Shown piece after piece: positions 37,156-50,154 of a stretch of 64,000 bases of DNA. The stretch is from positions 55,678,001-55,742,000 of the forward strand of contig NW_024704742.1 in assembly GCF_018977255.1 (NCBI RefSeq), in the 5' to 3' direction. This stretch comes from Callorhinchus milii. Lineage: Eukaryota. Numbering within the stretch: the stretch's first letter is position 1; each line of letters begins with the position of its first letter. The notes beneath the pieces are model-generated. The model searched no databases and was not told the origin of the DNA. It worked only from the letters and a program-made list of their open reading frames with translations. The position numbers and the translations under genes are program-made.

Positions 37156-37325
37156 AATAATCATTGCCTAAATAACAACAACAAAAAATTGCAGTTGTAC
37201 AGCAGCTTTCACGCATCGAAAACTTATTAAAGCATTTTACAAAGACCAAGTTGGGAATGAGATAAGCAGGATCTGCCAGGGAATCAATGATTAGGGAATC
37301 AATGGAGCCAGGCAACGAGCAGGAG

Positions 37326-37750
37326 ATAATATAATAATAATACACCTTGCATTTGATTCCACGCCTTATTACTTTGTCGAGACATCTCAAAGTACTTCAT
37401 AGGATATACTGTAAAGTGGATTGACTGTGTATTTTGTGGGTGAAATGCAGCAACAGCCATGGAGTGAGTGACACATCATTTTATTTAGGGAGATTGTTGG
37501 CGAGAACACCGGGAGAAACTCCCTTCTCTTTTTGAGTATTGGTATGAGATCTTTAACGTCCACCCAAACAGGCAGATGGGACCTGGGTTTAACGTCTCAT
37601 CCAAAGGACGGCATCTCCGACAATGCAACACATCCCCAGTATCGCATTGGAGCGTCAGCTTAGACTGTGTGATTCCAAGTCCCAACATGGGGCTTGAACC
37701 CACAGCATTCTGACCCAGAGGCAAGAGTGCTACCACTGTGCCAGGCTGAC
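37326..37750 (-). mobile_element. Near full-length Deu-SINE
   Basis: Head gtcagcctggcacagtggtagcactcttgcctctgggtcagaatgctgtgggttcaagcc and core ggatgagacgttaaacccaggtcccatctgcc. Confidence 0.92.
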
Positions 37751-38110
37751 AATAATAATAATAATAATCCTTGCATTTGATATAGCATCTTATCATGTCT
37801 TTGAGACATCTCAAATCGCTTCAAGAATATACTCCAAAGTGAATTGGGAGAAACGGGGCAGCCAATTGTGCAAAACAGTGTCCAACAAACAGTGGTGGAT
37901 TGAGTGAACAAATTATTTTTATTTCGAAGGAATTATTACTCCCGGAAAAGCAATCCACCAATCGACTAACGACCGGGTTCCTACTTACTGCTAGGTAAAC
38001 AGAAACGTGTGGAGTAACGAAACTTGCCCAACATTTTGCCCTACCGGGAAATGAATCCAAGGTCTCTCGCCTGTGAGGCGAGTACACTAACCACTGAGCT
38101 ATAGGACTCC
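37751..38110 (-). mobile_element. tRNA-Ala-type SINE, long form
   Basis: Head ggagtcctatagctcagtggttag, with an extra internal segment ctgtttacctagcagtaagtaggaacccggtcgttagtcgattgg. Confidence 0.88.
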
Positions 38111-38302
38111 AAATGAGATGAACTTGTGGAAGGTAGAGCTGTACAGTTATTAACAATTAACAAGGAATGATTCTCTTATAAATTTGCTGATATAATGTGT
38201 ATAATCCTCCACTGGATTTTCTCATTCTAAGGTCATACATCCAGGTCAGTGGGTTTACCAATACTCACAGTTACTCAATTAAAAATGTAGGGTTATTTGA
38301 AT

Positions 38303-38560
38303 AGCATTTATATTTATATAGTGCCGTTCATGTCTGGAGGATGTCTCCAAATGCTTCACACAGCTGACTGGGAGCTTCAGCTGGGGTTGGGGAAGCTGAG
38401 GAGGGAGGGGAGAGGGAAAGGCGACCGAAAGTACAGTCAGATAGACTGGTCTTAAACGAGCTTCAAAGGTGTGAGGGAAGAGGTGTGGCGGAGGTATTCA
38501 AGGATGGATCGCAGAATGGCTGAAAGTTTGCCCAACAATGATTGGCAGATTGGAAGAGGA
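38303..38560 (-). mobile_element. Degenerate L2 3' end
   Basis: Similar to 281-432 and to the other L2 tails. Confidence 0.65.
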
Positions 38561-39235
38561 AACATGTAGAGGTTTGCTGAACTAATCTGTTGAAACTAGC
38601 AATGCTCCATTTGCCCATTTGTTCAATTAGTGTGGAATAGAACCTTAACTTCACTAAGGGTTGGTGTCATGAAATGCCAAGAGTTTAGCTCAGCACATTC
38701 GGCAGGCATTCCACAGCGCACCAGGCATCATTTTTATTTATCAGAATAATTTCCTTTAAATTTTCTGCCTTTCTTCTTTCTTTTATATTTTCAAAATCTT
38801 TGTGGTCCCATTAAATGTTAATAAGTTAACAGAATCATCGGGACACTGGAGAGGAATTCCCTGTGGAGTACACAGAGACACTGTATACAAAACAGTGCCA
38901 TTTATTTGTAGATCATTCTAAGTTCATTACCAATGCAAGGGCAGAGGATATTGTGAGAGGAAGATGAATAGCTAACATAATGTAATGTAATACCTTAGCA
39001 TCAAAGCCTAACAGTTAATTCTATGATATTCATTTTTACAAGAAAGGATGCACTTACCCAGCTTCTTGCATTTAGTCATGACGTGGATTAGAGTAATGAG
39101 TGGGAAGGACTTGGAGGCTACAGGTGGAACTGCACTTTGACAATGAGCAGCTGAACTGGCTCCAAGATTAAATTCTTGGCAAAAAAAATGTTGGAATCAA
39201 GTCAACCCTCTGTGGTGGTCTCAGAACTCCAATTC

Positions 39236-39600
39236 CTGAGCTGGGTGGGTCAATAGTAAGACAGGCTACTGCCTATGACAGACCGGCTACCCTGGCTCAT
39301 CAGCAGAACCTATTGCAGGGGCAGGATGGGAACAAGGATTCTTCCCTCTCAACTCTTGTTAACCCTGCAAGCCAAATCTCCACTGGGTAGGGTGGATCTT
39401 GTTGGAAAAGCAGTGGGGAGCTTATCAGACAGTCCTCTCAATGTGAAACTATGTGGTTTTAACTTGTTAAACTTCAGCAATACCCCAATACCACACTCTG
39501 GGGACCCCAGGTCTTGGCTCTTGTCAACCTGCACCTAATAGTCTCTAGAATTATGGAACCTGGGTATATCCCTCCTGGGAAAGAGTTTGCATTCTATTTC
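39236..39600 (-). repeat. Unclassified interspersed repeat (copy 2)
   Basis: Reverse complement actattaggtgcaggttgacaagagccaag...ccccagagtgtg...tttggcttgcagggttaaca matches 1163-1350. Confidence 0.75.
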
Positions 39601-41164
39601 TGTTTCCTGTAAATTCTTTTAAGAGGCTTTACAGTTAAAAGTGAATTCAGCAATGTGCCAAATTCTGCATAATCTGAAATGCCACATTAATGGTGTAAAT
39701 CTAGACCCAGGTTGAATTTCTACCTGTAGGTTTGCTTCATAATGCATTTAGCCTTTTAATATAGTTTATTCCCCCCCACCCACACCCATCTCAAACCCAG
39801 ATATTTTCTCTGTGAATCATCATTGCACTCACCCCAAAATCAGTATATCCTTTCTATATTGAGATAGCAGCACTGATCACAGAATTTTCCTGATTGCTCA
39901 CCTCCACACCTTCTCAAAAACAATACTATTGCGCATATAAATAGAAAATACCAGTTACATGATACATGATACTGATCAACCACATTATGATTGAAGATCT
40001 CTTCAAGTTTGTTAATTACATTTCTAGTCCTTGGTGAGTCACTTGTTTTATATCACTGAACTTGAAGCTAGTGCTTTGAAAAATACGCAGCAATTAATGG
40101 AAATTTTTTCCTTGAGCAGCATTGTGTAAATCATAACTTTTTCTCATGTACTCTACATGTACGGTGTGGGTTGATGCATCTGTCAAAAAATAAATGAAAA
40201 AAACTGTTGCACTCTGGAAGGAAATGATTTGCATCTTGAGAACTGCCTTGGTTTCCATTTAAAAGGCTGATATATTTAACTAGAAATATTGTATGCATTT
40301 GCATTCCTATTTTCTTATGGAAGCTTACGTCAGTCATGCAACGCACAATTTCTGGACAGAGCTGAACACAAAATCCCAAAGTAATTATCCAAAAGCATTG
40401 CATTAATAAAATGCTTTCTATTGTCAGTGCAATCCCATTTAGTTCAAATACGAAAATAACTAAAGTCCCTCAGATAAATATGGTGACTGATTCCTGCTGT
40501 AATATGTTCGTTCTAATAGACCTCCTTTATCCTTTGGGGATTACACTGATTTTTGTGTTCACCCTGTCTGATGTTTGGCTCAGAATGTAATAAAACAGGC
40601 TCAGAGACTGAACCCTAAAGCCAGTTCTTTTGAAGATGTTGAGCCTGGAACCAAATGGAGTGACAAACTGAAATGACAGCTGCTTTGTTGTTTACATTGG
40701 TGGCGGGCAGTGTTGAAAGCAAAATGAAGTCGAGAACTCCAACAATCACTCAAAAATAGGCAAATGTCCCATTGAATCCTATCGGGCTTAATAATTTCTT
40801 CAACCCCTTCTCACCCAAAACACAAGCTCTTGTTGGAAAAAAAGGAATTTCTTGTATGTGTGTGGAAGGGCTGGGAGATTCTCAAATTAACTATGTCACT
40901 TTGGAATTTCTGGCTTGCAAATCAACAATCCTAATATGCAGAAATAGATCATTTTGGACAAATATTATTTTTCTCTTCCAATTTTCTCTCTGCCTCCTGT
41001 CCTGAAGGCATTGATCTCCTTTATCTTTCTCCTGAGACATAGCTTAAAGGACACCATTTGTCACCATTTGTATTCGATCACCTCACCCAACTGACTGTAA
41101 CTTACAAGTGACAAGCAGTCTATTCATCCTGGGGACAGCACAGTCAAACCCTATTCTGTCCTTA

Positions 41165-41860
41165 TGATTATAACCCTTGCACTTGATACAGCGCCTTATC
41201 ATACCAACAAAACATCTCAAAGTGCTTCACAAAGTGTAGTGACTGTGGATTTGTAGGTCAAAGCGACAACCAGTGATTGACCAACTTTATCTGGAAAATT
41301 GTTGGCCAGGACACCAGGATAACCATTCTTCCCTTTTCATGTGGAGTCCTGTAGTGTAGTGATTAGTGAAGGATCCGGGTTGGAACCCCAGGCAGGATGA
41401 AACCTTAGGTAAGTTTCCTTACTCCACATGCCTCTGTTTACCTAGCAGTTAAGTAGGAAACCGGTTGTTAGTTAATTGGCAGATCACTTTTCCAGGGATA
41501 ATAATCTATTCAAAATAAAAATAATAATTTGGTCACTTAATCCACAATTGTTGTGAAACACTGCTGTGCTCAATTGGCTGCCGAGTTTCTCCAACACAAC
41601 ATAATCAATTAACTTTAGAGTATACTCTGTGAAGCACTTTGACACATCTAGAAGATGTGATAAGGTGCTATATCAAATGCAAGGATTATTTTTTATTATT
41701 TATTTTCGAACAGTGCTATGGAATTTTAACATTCACATGAACAGACAGATGTAACCTTGGTTTAAAGTCTCATCTAAAGGACGAGACTTTAAACTTTAGT
41801 ACCATTGACAAAGCAGTATCACCCCAGCACTGCACTAGACTATCAGCCCATACTATTAGC
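41165..41860 (-). mobile_element. Deu-SINE interrupted by a tRNA-Ala SINE
   Basis: The tail side is at 41165-41338 and the core resumes at ~41704 (ttttcgaacagtgctatggaattttaacattcac). Confidence 0.8.
41343..41703 (+). mobile_element. tRNA-Ala SINE, long form, anticodon arm deleted
   Basis: ggagtcctgtagtgtagtgattag...aaccttaggtaagtttccttactccacatgcctctgtttacctagcagttaagtaggaaaccgg...(TTA)n. Confidence 0.85.
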
Positions 41861-42749
41861 TCTAGATCTCCATATGATGCTTGAATAATCATAATGATGA
41901 TTGATAAATAATTGATAGTGATAAGTGCAAGGATTAATATTTATCATTATTAATGTTATAATCTGGTGCTCAATGCACTAGGCCCTAAAATGGAAGAGTG
42001 TCCCTTTTCCCAGTACTGATATTCCTTACTTGATGTACATCAAAATTATGTAAAAATAATATAAACATATTATGTATACAAGATAAATGTTATGGCTAAT
42101 CCACATTATACACTTAGTAGATTTAACCTTTAACTCACAGTTAGGTGATTAACTCAGAACTTAACTTGTACTTCAAACCTCATGATGAAAATCTCTAAAT
42201 ATCTTACACAGCTCATTAATTTGTGAATGAATCATCAATCTTACACTCTGGTTTACATAATCTAGTGCCACTGCCATTTTCTGATTGTCCACAATAAATA
42301 AATCATAAATACTAATAAAGGACTTATTAACCGCCTAAGGTTTAGAATAGTCTTGTTGTGTGCTCAAGCAAATCATTTCTATTAGAATGGAACCAATTTA
42401 TGTGGAAAAAGTCAGGAGAGAGGTGAAAATAAGCCTCTGTGACAAATTCAACAGGAAATATCAAAGATATTTGGGACAGTAAATGCATGGCAATTATATA
42501 AAGTACTGTCAAGTTAAAACAGGGGGTTTATGCTTTTTTAATTTTAATTTAATTTATTGCCAGTGTCAAGAAAAGATGATGAAACAATGGGAACCCACTT
42601 GACCTTTGCTGGTGGTTGGCTAGTGGTAGTTAAAGCCAGAGAGGTTTACTCAACCCTAATATCATGCAGTGGTTTTACACGAGATGACTTCACTTTATTG
42701 CTGGCATTAAATTAAACTTAAAAAGGAAAAGTCTTGTTTTAACTTGACC

Positions 42750-43054
42750 ATCTTTTGGATGAGATGTTAAACCAAGGTCATCTGCCTATTCAGGTGGATG
42801 TTAAAGATGCCATGGCACTATTCGAAAAGAGAAGGGAGTTTCTTCTGGTGTCCTGGCCAACAATCCTCCTAAATAAAATTGGTCACTCACTCAATGGCTG
42901 TTTGTGAGACATTGTTGTGTGCAACTGGCTGCCACATTTCAACCCCAAAAATATACAGTCAATCCACTTTACAGTATATCCTGTGAAGGGCTTTAAAACG
43001 TTTCAATGACGTAATAAGGTGCTATATCAAAATGTAAGGATTATTAGTATTATT
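42750..43054 (+). mobile_element. Deu-SINE without head
   Basis: ggatgagatgttaaaccaagg...caggtggatgttaaagatgccatggcactattcgaaaagagaagggagtt. Confidence 0.88.
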
Positions 43055-43829
43055 GACAGAAACTATATAATTGTCCAGTGCTCCGAGATGCTACCTTGCA
43101 CGAAGGGCGCTATATAAATTCAAGTTACTCTTGTTTCAGCATCTAGACTCCAACAGGATATTTTTTTGATTGCATTGCTCAATTCCAATTTATATTGCAG
43201 TTGTCTGTGGGAATTATAGAAATTTAAAGCATAGAAACAGGCCATTCAGCCAAAGTAGGTTTGGAAGTAGGGCTGCCCAGATAAAGGTTGTATATCATGG
43301 ATACTTCCAAACCTATAGATTTCTAAATAATTCCTCAATTAAAAAATTCTGTTTCAAATCATGGAATTAGGAGATGCCCAATACCCATAATTACTGATTC
43401 CAACAATGTTGGCTGTTCAGATATTAAAAAAATACTAAGTAGCCTTTCAATTTCTTCAGAATGATGAACAACAACCGCAAGATTACATTTGTATAGCGCC
43501 TTTCACTTCGGGAGGATGTCCCAAGGCGCTGGATGAAGTAGTGTCGTTGAGATTCCTTTATAGAACAAAAATTGTTATCTCAACAACTTATGTAACCAAA
43601 TCAGGACAATTCCCTGAAGAAACAATTTATCACCTACAGACAGTATTGGATCTGTAGCATTCCTGTTGTTGACAAGAATATGGATTAATGATGTTGTTGA
43701 AGATTCGGCCTGAAATTCCACCTAGTTTTAGTCATTTTATCTTAATTGTTAATGTTGGCCAAACATGTGGAAAATGCTCAAATTCAGTATTTATTTGGAA
43801 GTCAGTTCTAAATCAAAACTGTGGGTATC

Positions 43830-44838
43830 AACCCTCTTGGTGACATCATCCACAGACATGGGGTCAACTTCCACATGTATGAGGATGACACCCAACTCTA
43901 CCTCTCTGTCTCCACCCTTGACTCCAGGATCACTGCTGTCCTGACAGAATGTCTGTCAGACAACAAGTCCTGGATCAGAGCTAATTTTCTTCAGTTGAAC
44001 GTCAGCAAGATCGAGTCTCTCCTGATTGGCTCCACACCTCAGCCCGGACAGTATCACCATCCATGGTTGCACACTCCACCTCACTAAGCCAGTCCAGAAC
44101 CTTGGGGTCTTGTTTGATCCTCAACTATCCTTTCTACCCCATATCTGTGCCATGACCCACTCTGCCCTCCCGCACCTCCGCAACATCACCCGGCTCCGCC
44201 ACTGTCTCACACCGCAGGCCACCGAAACCCTCATACACGCTTGCATTAGATTGAGATTTGACTATGCAAACTCCTTGCTTGTCGGACTCCCCAACTCCTC
44301 CCTCCATAGGCTACAGATCATCCAGAACTCTGCAGCCTGTGTCCTCTTCCGCACCAGGCACCATGATCCTATCACCCCCATCCTCGCCCGACTCTACTGG
44401 CTTCCCATCAAACAGAGGATGCAGTTCAAGATCCTGGTCCTCACCTTCAAAGCTCTCCATGGTCTTACTCTCGCCTACCTCTGCAATCTCCTAACCCCCT
44501 ACCATCCTGCTCGCTCCCTCTCCGCTCAGCAGGCTTCAGCCTGCTTCATGTCCCCTGCCTCGCTCATTCGACTATTGGTGGGCGGGCCTTCTGCCATTCT
44601 GCTCCCACCCTCTGGAATTCTATCCCGCAGTCCCTCCACCTCAACCCATCCCTTGCCTCCTTCAAGACCCATCTCGAGACCCTTCTGTTCGACCGTGTTT
44701 TTGATCACCCTGCATCCCCCACTGCCCTCCACCCTCCCCGATTCCGACCCCCAGCTCGGGTCCAAAACTCTTTCTGTCCAGCACCTTGGAACATTCTCCC
44801 AACGCAAAAGGTGCTACACAAATGTAATTTTGTTGTTG
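43830..44838 (+). mobile_element. 5'-truncated L2 LINE
   Basis: FHMYEDDTQLY, LQLNVSKIE, VQNLGVLFD, RLYWLPIKQRMQFKIL and a (TTG)n tail. Confidence 0.95.
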
Positions 44839-45296
44839 GTAGCACTCTCATCTCTTTGAACTCATAGTCTAGGTTGACACTTCAATACAAAGGAAATGTG
44901 CTGTATTGTCAGATATTGCTGTCTTTTGGGGATATTGCTGTGTACAAATAGGTTGTTTTGTTCACCTGTAAATATACAGTCACTACACCACAGTAAAAAT
45001 TCTGAGAAATACTTTGAGGCACCTCAATAATGCCACAAGGCATTACATCAAATGTGAGGACTGAAGTTAAGAATATTCCACAATTTTATGATTCTTAACA
45101 TTTAAGACAAAAGGTTCTATTGACAAGGGCTGAGACGAGGTGAAATCTCAGACAGTTCTCACGTGAATCATGTCATTGCTTGAATGAGAATGCTACAGTG
45201 TGGTCAGGATGTACAGTGAGCTCATGATAACTCATCACTCCAAAGGAAAAGGGCTCAGTGATGAGTTATCCGGAGTGTCGAGTTAGACATATGTAT

Positions 45297-45396
45297 AAAT
45301 AAATAAATACATAAATACATAAACACATAAACACATAAACAAACAAACCAATCAATGAATGAATGAATGAATGAATGAATGAATGAATGAATGAAT
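45297..45396. repeat. Compound microsatellite (AAAT)n/(ACATAAA-like)n/(GAAT)n
   Basis: Directly visible. Confidence 0.92.
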
Positions 45397-46409
45397 GCAG
45401 CAGGATATTAATAGCATGATAACTAAAGTTGTAGTGACAAGTTAAGTCAGAGTCGAGTTATCAGTAGTTGAGCACCAAGTTAGCAGTGAGGAATTTCCTT
45501 GGTTGCAGAGATGTCTTTCTGTGGATGAAGAGAAATATAAACAAATAACAATGCATTGCATGTTTGATGGCCTGCTTAGCAGCAGTCAGTTCTTAACAAC
45601 ACGAAAGTACACAATGGCAAACCGGATGGCTCTAAATAATTAAGCAATGATGGAAGGGATAAGAAAAGCGAATAAACATTCAGACAATTACCTCTGCAAT
45701 AATGTTATGGAAGTAATGCGATTGCCTTTGGAGTTAAATTTTTTAAATGTAGACCTGAATAAAAAAACAAGTACTGCACTGCAATGTGCACTGGGATTTT
45801 AGGAAGGTTTATTGGGGCATAGAAGAACACTTAAGAAACCGCTGAATGTCAGGCTTCTGCCCTGGAGTCTTATTTGTTAAAATGCAGAACATGAATTAAA
45901 TGACTACTGCTTAACAAGCCAACAAAGATGCAATGTGTTGTCATATATTTCTACAATATTGGTCCCAGGTTCATAGAAAGCCATACCTCTGTTTTGAAGG
46001 ATATGAGTCATCTCAGATTTGCAGACTGGTAAGCCTTTGTGTAATAACCAGCCATATTCAAATCTTTTTATGGGATACCTGTTATGAAGAGAGTCTAATG
46101 TATCACATGGACAGCACTGTGTCAAAGCAATTTGACAAGATGCTGACTGTATCTTCCAATCAGTACTAAGAGTAATAGAATCCTAAACTTTATCAATGTT
46201 ATGAGAATCAAGAAATCCAACGATTTAATAGATTTGGTAACTATCACTTAAATATGGATTCTCATGATTCTCTACAGGGAATAATGATCCTTGTATCTGA
46301 TACAGTGCCTCATCACATCATTGAAATATCTCAAAGCCTTTCACAGGATTTTAATATCCGTATATTTGTAAGCAAATGCAGCAGCCAGTTTTCATGCAAC
46401 AATGTCCCA

Positions 46410-48180
46410 TAAACAACAACAAATTACATTTATATAATGCTGTTCACATCAGGTGCTGGATAGTCGAGGGTTTGCACTGAAGTTTTTTGGGGTGAAAAGA
46501 TAACCCAAGGTACAGTCAAATAGGAAGGTCTTCAGACAGACTTTAAAGGAGACAATAGGAGGAGTGAGATAAAGGGAGTTCCAGAGGGTTGAGGCAAAAA
46601 GTTCGCCGATGGTAGGGTGGGCAGGGTGGGAGACATGAAACAAGCCAGTGCCTGCCAAGTGGAGGGAACGGGTGGGTTGGAAAGATTTGAGTAGGTTACA
46701 GAAGTGGGATGGACTTTAAAAGTAAGGAGGAGGATCTTGAACTTGATCTGGGGAATGCGGAACCAGTGGAGCCGGGTGAGGATTGGGGTGATTGGCTAAT
46801 GGAGCTTAGTGCAGGACATAAACTGCAGAGTTCTGAATAATCTGCAGCTTGTGGAGGGAAGATTTGGGAAGTCTGGTGAGCAGGGAGTTAAAATAATCAA
46901 GCCTGGACATGATGAAAGCATGGATAACGTTCTCAGTGGCCCAAGGGGAGAAGTATTAGCGAGGCGAGCAATGTTACGGAGGTGGAAGAAGGCTGTATGA
47001 GTCAAGGCACAGACAGGTTAAGGGATAGTTGAGAGTTGAACAAGACAACAAGATTTGGTACTGACTGGATGAGGTGGAGTGTGCATCCATGTATAGTGAT
47101 GTTGTCAGTGCTTGAGGTGAGAGGAAGTGGCGAGGCTGGGCGTTATTGAAGAAGCAGAACGATCATGGCATGGATGTGAGGTTTGAAAGACAGTTGAAGG
47201 TCAAACAAGATGCCAATATTCCGTACTGTGTCGGTGAGGTGTATAGTGCATCCATGGATGGTGATGCTGTCAGTGCCTGATGTATGGAGATGCTTAGATG
47301 GGAGCCAAGCAGGAGTGCCTCTGTTTTGCTTTTCAACTGGAGAAAGTTAGATCTTACCCAAGACTTGATGTCTGACAGGCAATCTGTCAGGAAAACGGTG
47401 GTCCTGGAATCAAGGGTGGAAGCAGAGATAGAGATGGGTGTCATCTGCATACATGTGGAAGTTAACTTCATTCTTATGGATGACATCACCGAGAGGGAGC
47501 ATGTAAATATTAAAGAGAAGAGGACCAAGGAAGTAACCCTGAGGAATGCTGCACATGACAGTGCGGGGACTGGAGGAGAAGTCATTAGCAGATACAAAGT
47601 GGAGACAATGGGAAGCATAAGAGTGAAACCAGCCAAGTGAAGATGGAGCTGAGAGTAAAGGCGGTGGAGAAGAATAGAGTGGTCGACAGTGTTGATGGCT
47701 GCAGAGAGATCAAGAAGACTTTGACTCAGGCAGTCTCTCTGTACTATGAGTAGCATGGAAACCAAATTGGAAGGGTTCTTGCAAGGTATGTCGGGAGAGG
47801 AAAGAACAAAGCTGGGAAGCAATGATCCTTCCAGAACATTGGAAAGGAAAGGGAGATTGGAGATGGCATGGTAGTTATGGAACAGAGATGTGTTGAGGGA
47901 AAAAAAATTGAGGCTGGAGATGATGGCAGCTGTATTTAAGGGGGTGGGGACTATGTTGGTAGTCAATTGACATTGCCTCTTAGTAGGGGAGCTTCGAGGT
48001 GGAGCTGGGAGGTCAGGAGAGTTGTAGGGAATGGGTCAAGAGAGCAGGTGATGGGGTTCTTTGGCAAATGATGAAGATACGAGAAGAGGGAGAGACAGAG
48101 GATCAAAGGTGTGGAGATAGGGATGAGTGGAGACTGGAAGGGATGGGAAGGTGGAGAAAGGTGACGGTACCAAGGGCATA
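46410..48180 (-). mobile_element. Composite L2 (two overlapping RT-region pieces)
   Basis: ISNLPFLS, LLDLSAAINTVDH, WVRSNFLQL and FFHLRNIARL. The segment ~46970-47120 recurs at ~47135-47285. Confidence 0.88.
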
Positions 48181-50154
48181 GGCAGCAAAATGTCATAATG
48201 CTTCTTGCTATTGCTTGAGTCCACACATGTTGCAAGTATCCTGTGGACCCACAAAAGCTGTTGTCAACTTTCCTCCAATCACTGTGTAAGAACAGCGCAC
48301 AGGAAATGATGTAATTCCACTTTCACTAGAAGTGAGATCAGCAGTGGCTATTTTTGTATGAAGTGGCATCAGCAGTGGCCATTATTATAGGAAACTAGAT
48401 GACTCAGCTCCATGGTTCATACTTATCTATTGATTTGGAGGGATGTACTGAGGTAGGAATAAACAATTTTAAACTAAAGAAACATAATATTTTTTAAACA
48501 AAATGTTGTCATTGCCAAGGTGATTATGTCAATGCTAGTGCACAGAATAATTTTCTTCCTGGAGTTGCTGGAGCAGTAAGCTATTTGCATTTCACACAAA
48601 AGTCAGGCTTGTGTTTTCTCAAAGAGTGAAAGTGCTAATTTAGTGCCAATTAGTGCAGAACTATAGGCATTTTTGCTCCGCGCTCATTAGCAACTGCAAA
48701 TTTATTTCACTAAGATCCTTAATAACCAATAGGGAGGGAAGATTTCCATTTATTTGGGCTACTTTTAAACACTGGTCCCATGAGTGAAAACGTAATGTTC
48801 TGACTCACTGTACGACCTGAGCCCTGGAATACACAATGAAAAATAACAGTACGTACCCTTATTTGTGAAATTATCCTAATTGTAGAGCACTGCAGAAAAT
48901 ATGACAAGTTCCAGGAATATGCCAGATATGTTGAAAGGTTTAAAGCCAATTTAGTTTGCTTTCAATAGGATTATGGTTATTTTGAATTTCTGGCTTGAAT
49001 GAATTGTAATTTTTCTGAAAATGGTTATGAATGGCTTTGCTTCATCATTAATACTTTTACCTTTTACTGTAAAATATTTGGCAGGACCACTCATTAGTAG
49101 TCTCCTTGGTTCAACACAAATTTGCTTATAACAAAGGTTTGTTTATATCATAGGTCTACTGGACACATAGTGCACTTCTGGCCAACTTCTGCACATTCTA
49201 CAATTGTGCTATGCACTGTCCACTGTGCAGGGTTCTCAGACATTGTTCTATGTGAAGTGCCACATAAATACAAGTTGTTGTTCTTATTGTTGTTGAAGGG
49301 TCCTGTTTCCACTTCCGGATGCTATGTACAGGAAACACTACTGAAGTCAGTACACAAAGGAAGTTTTGTCAGCAACACTTCCTGTGCAGGAAGTTATGTC
49401 TGAGACAACCTGACAACCCCAAAAATACTGACCATTATTTTTTTGCACCTCCTTATAACTCTTAAAATATAATTTAACTTATCTAATAAAAAAAACTCAT
49501 AATGGGGTCGCTTTGCGTTCTTTGAACATAGAACATAGAATTACAAAGCATTCTTTGTAATTCTATGTATTCAATATTTTGGACTCCTGATATATGAATA
49601 ATCTAAAATCACAGTTACTGTGTAGTAGAACTTCTGTCCATTTGTGTGTAATGTGGAAGACTGAAATGTGGTGAATACATCAGTGGGGAATTCATTCTTC
49701 TGGATTCAATTTTGAAATTGTCCCAAAATGTGCTTATTGCTCAAAATTAAATCAACAACAACTTGCATTTATATAGAGCTGTCCACGCTGGGCGGCATCT
49801 CAGAACGCTTAGATAATCAACACATCCAATCCACTTTTTGTCCACTCTATACTAAACAGAGGACCTGTATTTAAGTGTAAGCTAAAATTTGGCAAATGGT
49901 GTACAGTCTCACACTATAGTTTCACATCAGCAATGTGATAACCATCCTTTTGACCTTCAGATGCTATTGGGTAAAACTGCAAGTGAAGCATTGCAGGTAT
50001 AAATTTATGATTCTACCTAATGTATTAAAAAATCCCTCTTTTTACTGTTGCATTCATAGTGGAAAGCCAATTGTATCCTATGTAACTGTCAAATGTTATG
50101 TCAGCCCTATGTTGATTCAACAAATTGCATCATTTTGGACAGGAATATTGAGTA

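Noticed and set aside
39058..39175. Minus-strand open segment with a TGG|gtaagt donor
   Set aside because: Isolated, with an unrecognised peptide and no partner exon.
39290..39320. Hammerhead ribozyme (CTGATGA on the minus strand) in the unclassified repeat
   Set aside because: No correctly placed GAAA or stems, and the motif is not conserved in the other copy.
44026..44859. Longest ORF (277 aa) as a host gene
   Set aside because: It is L2 ORF2 C-terminal sequence running through a frameshift into the 3' UTR.
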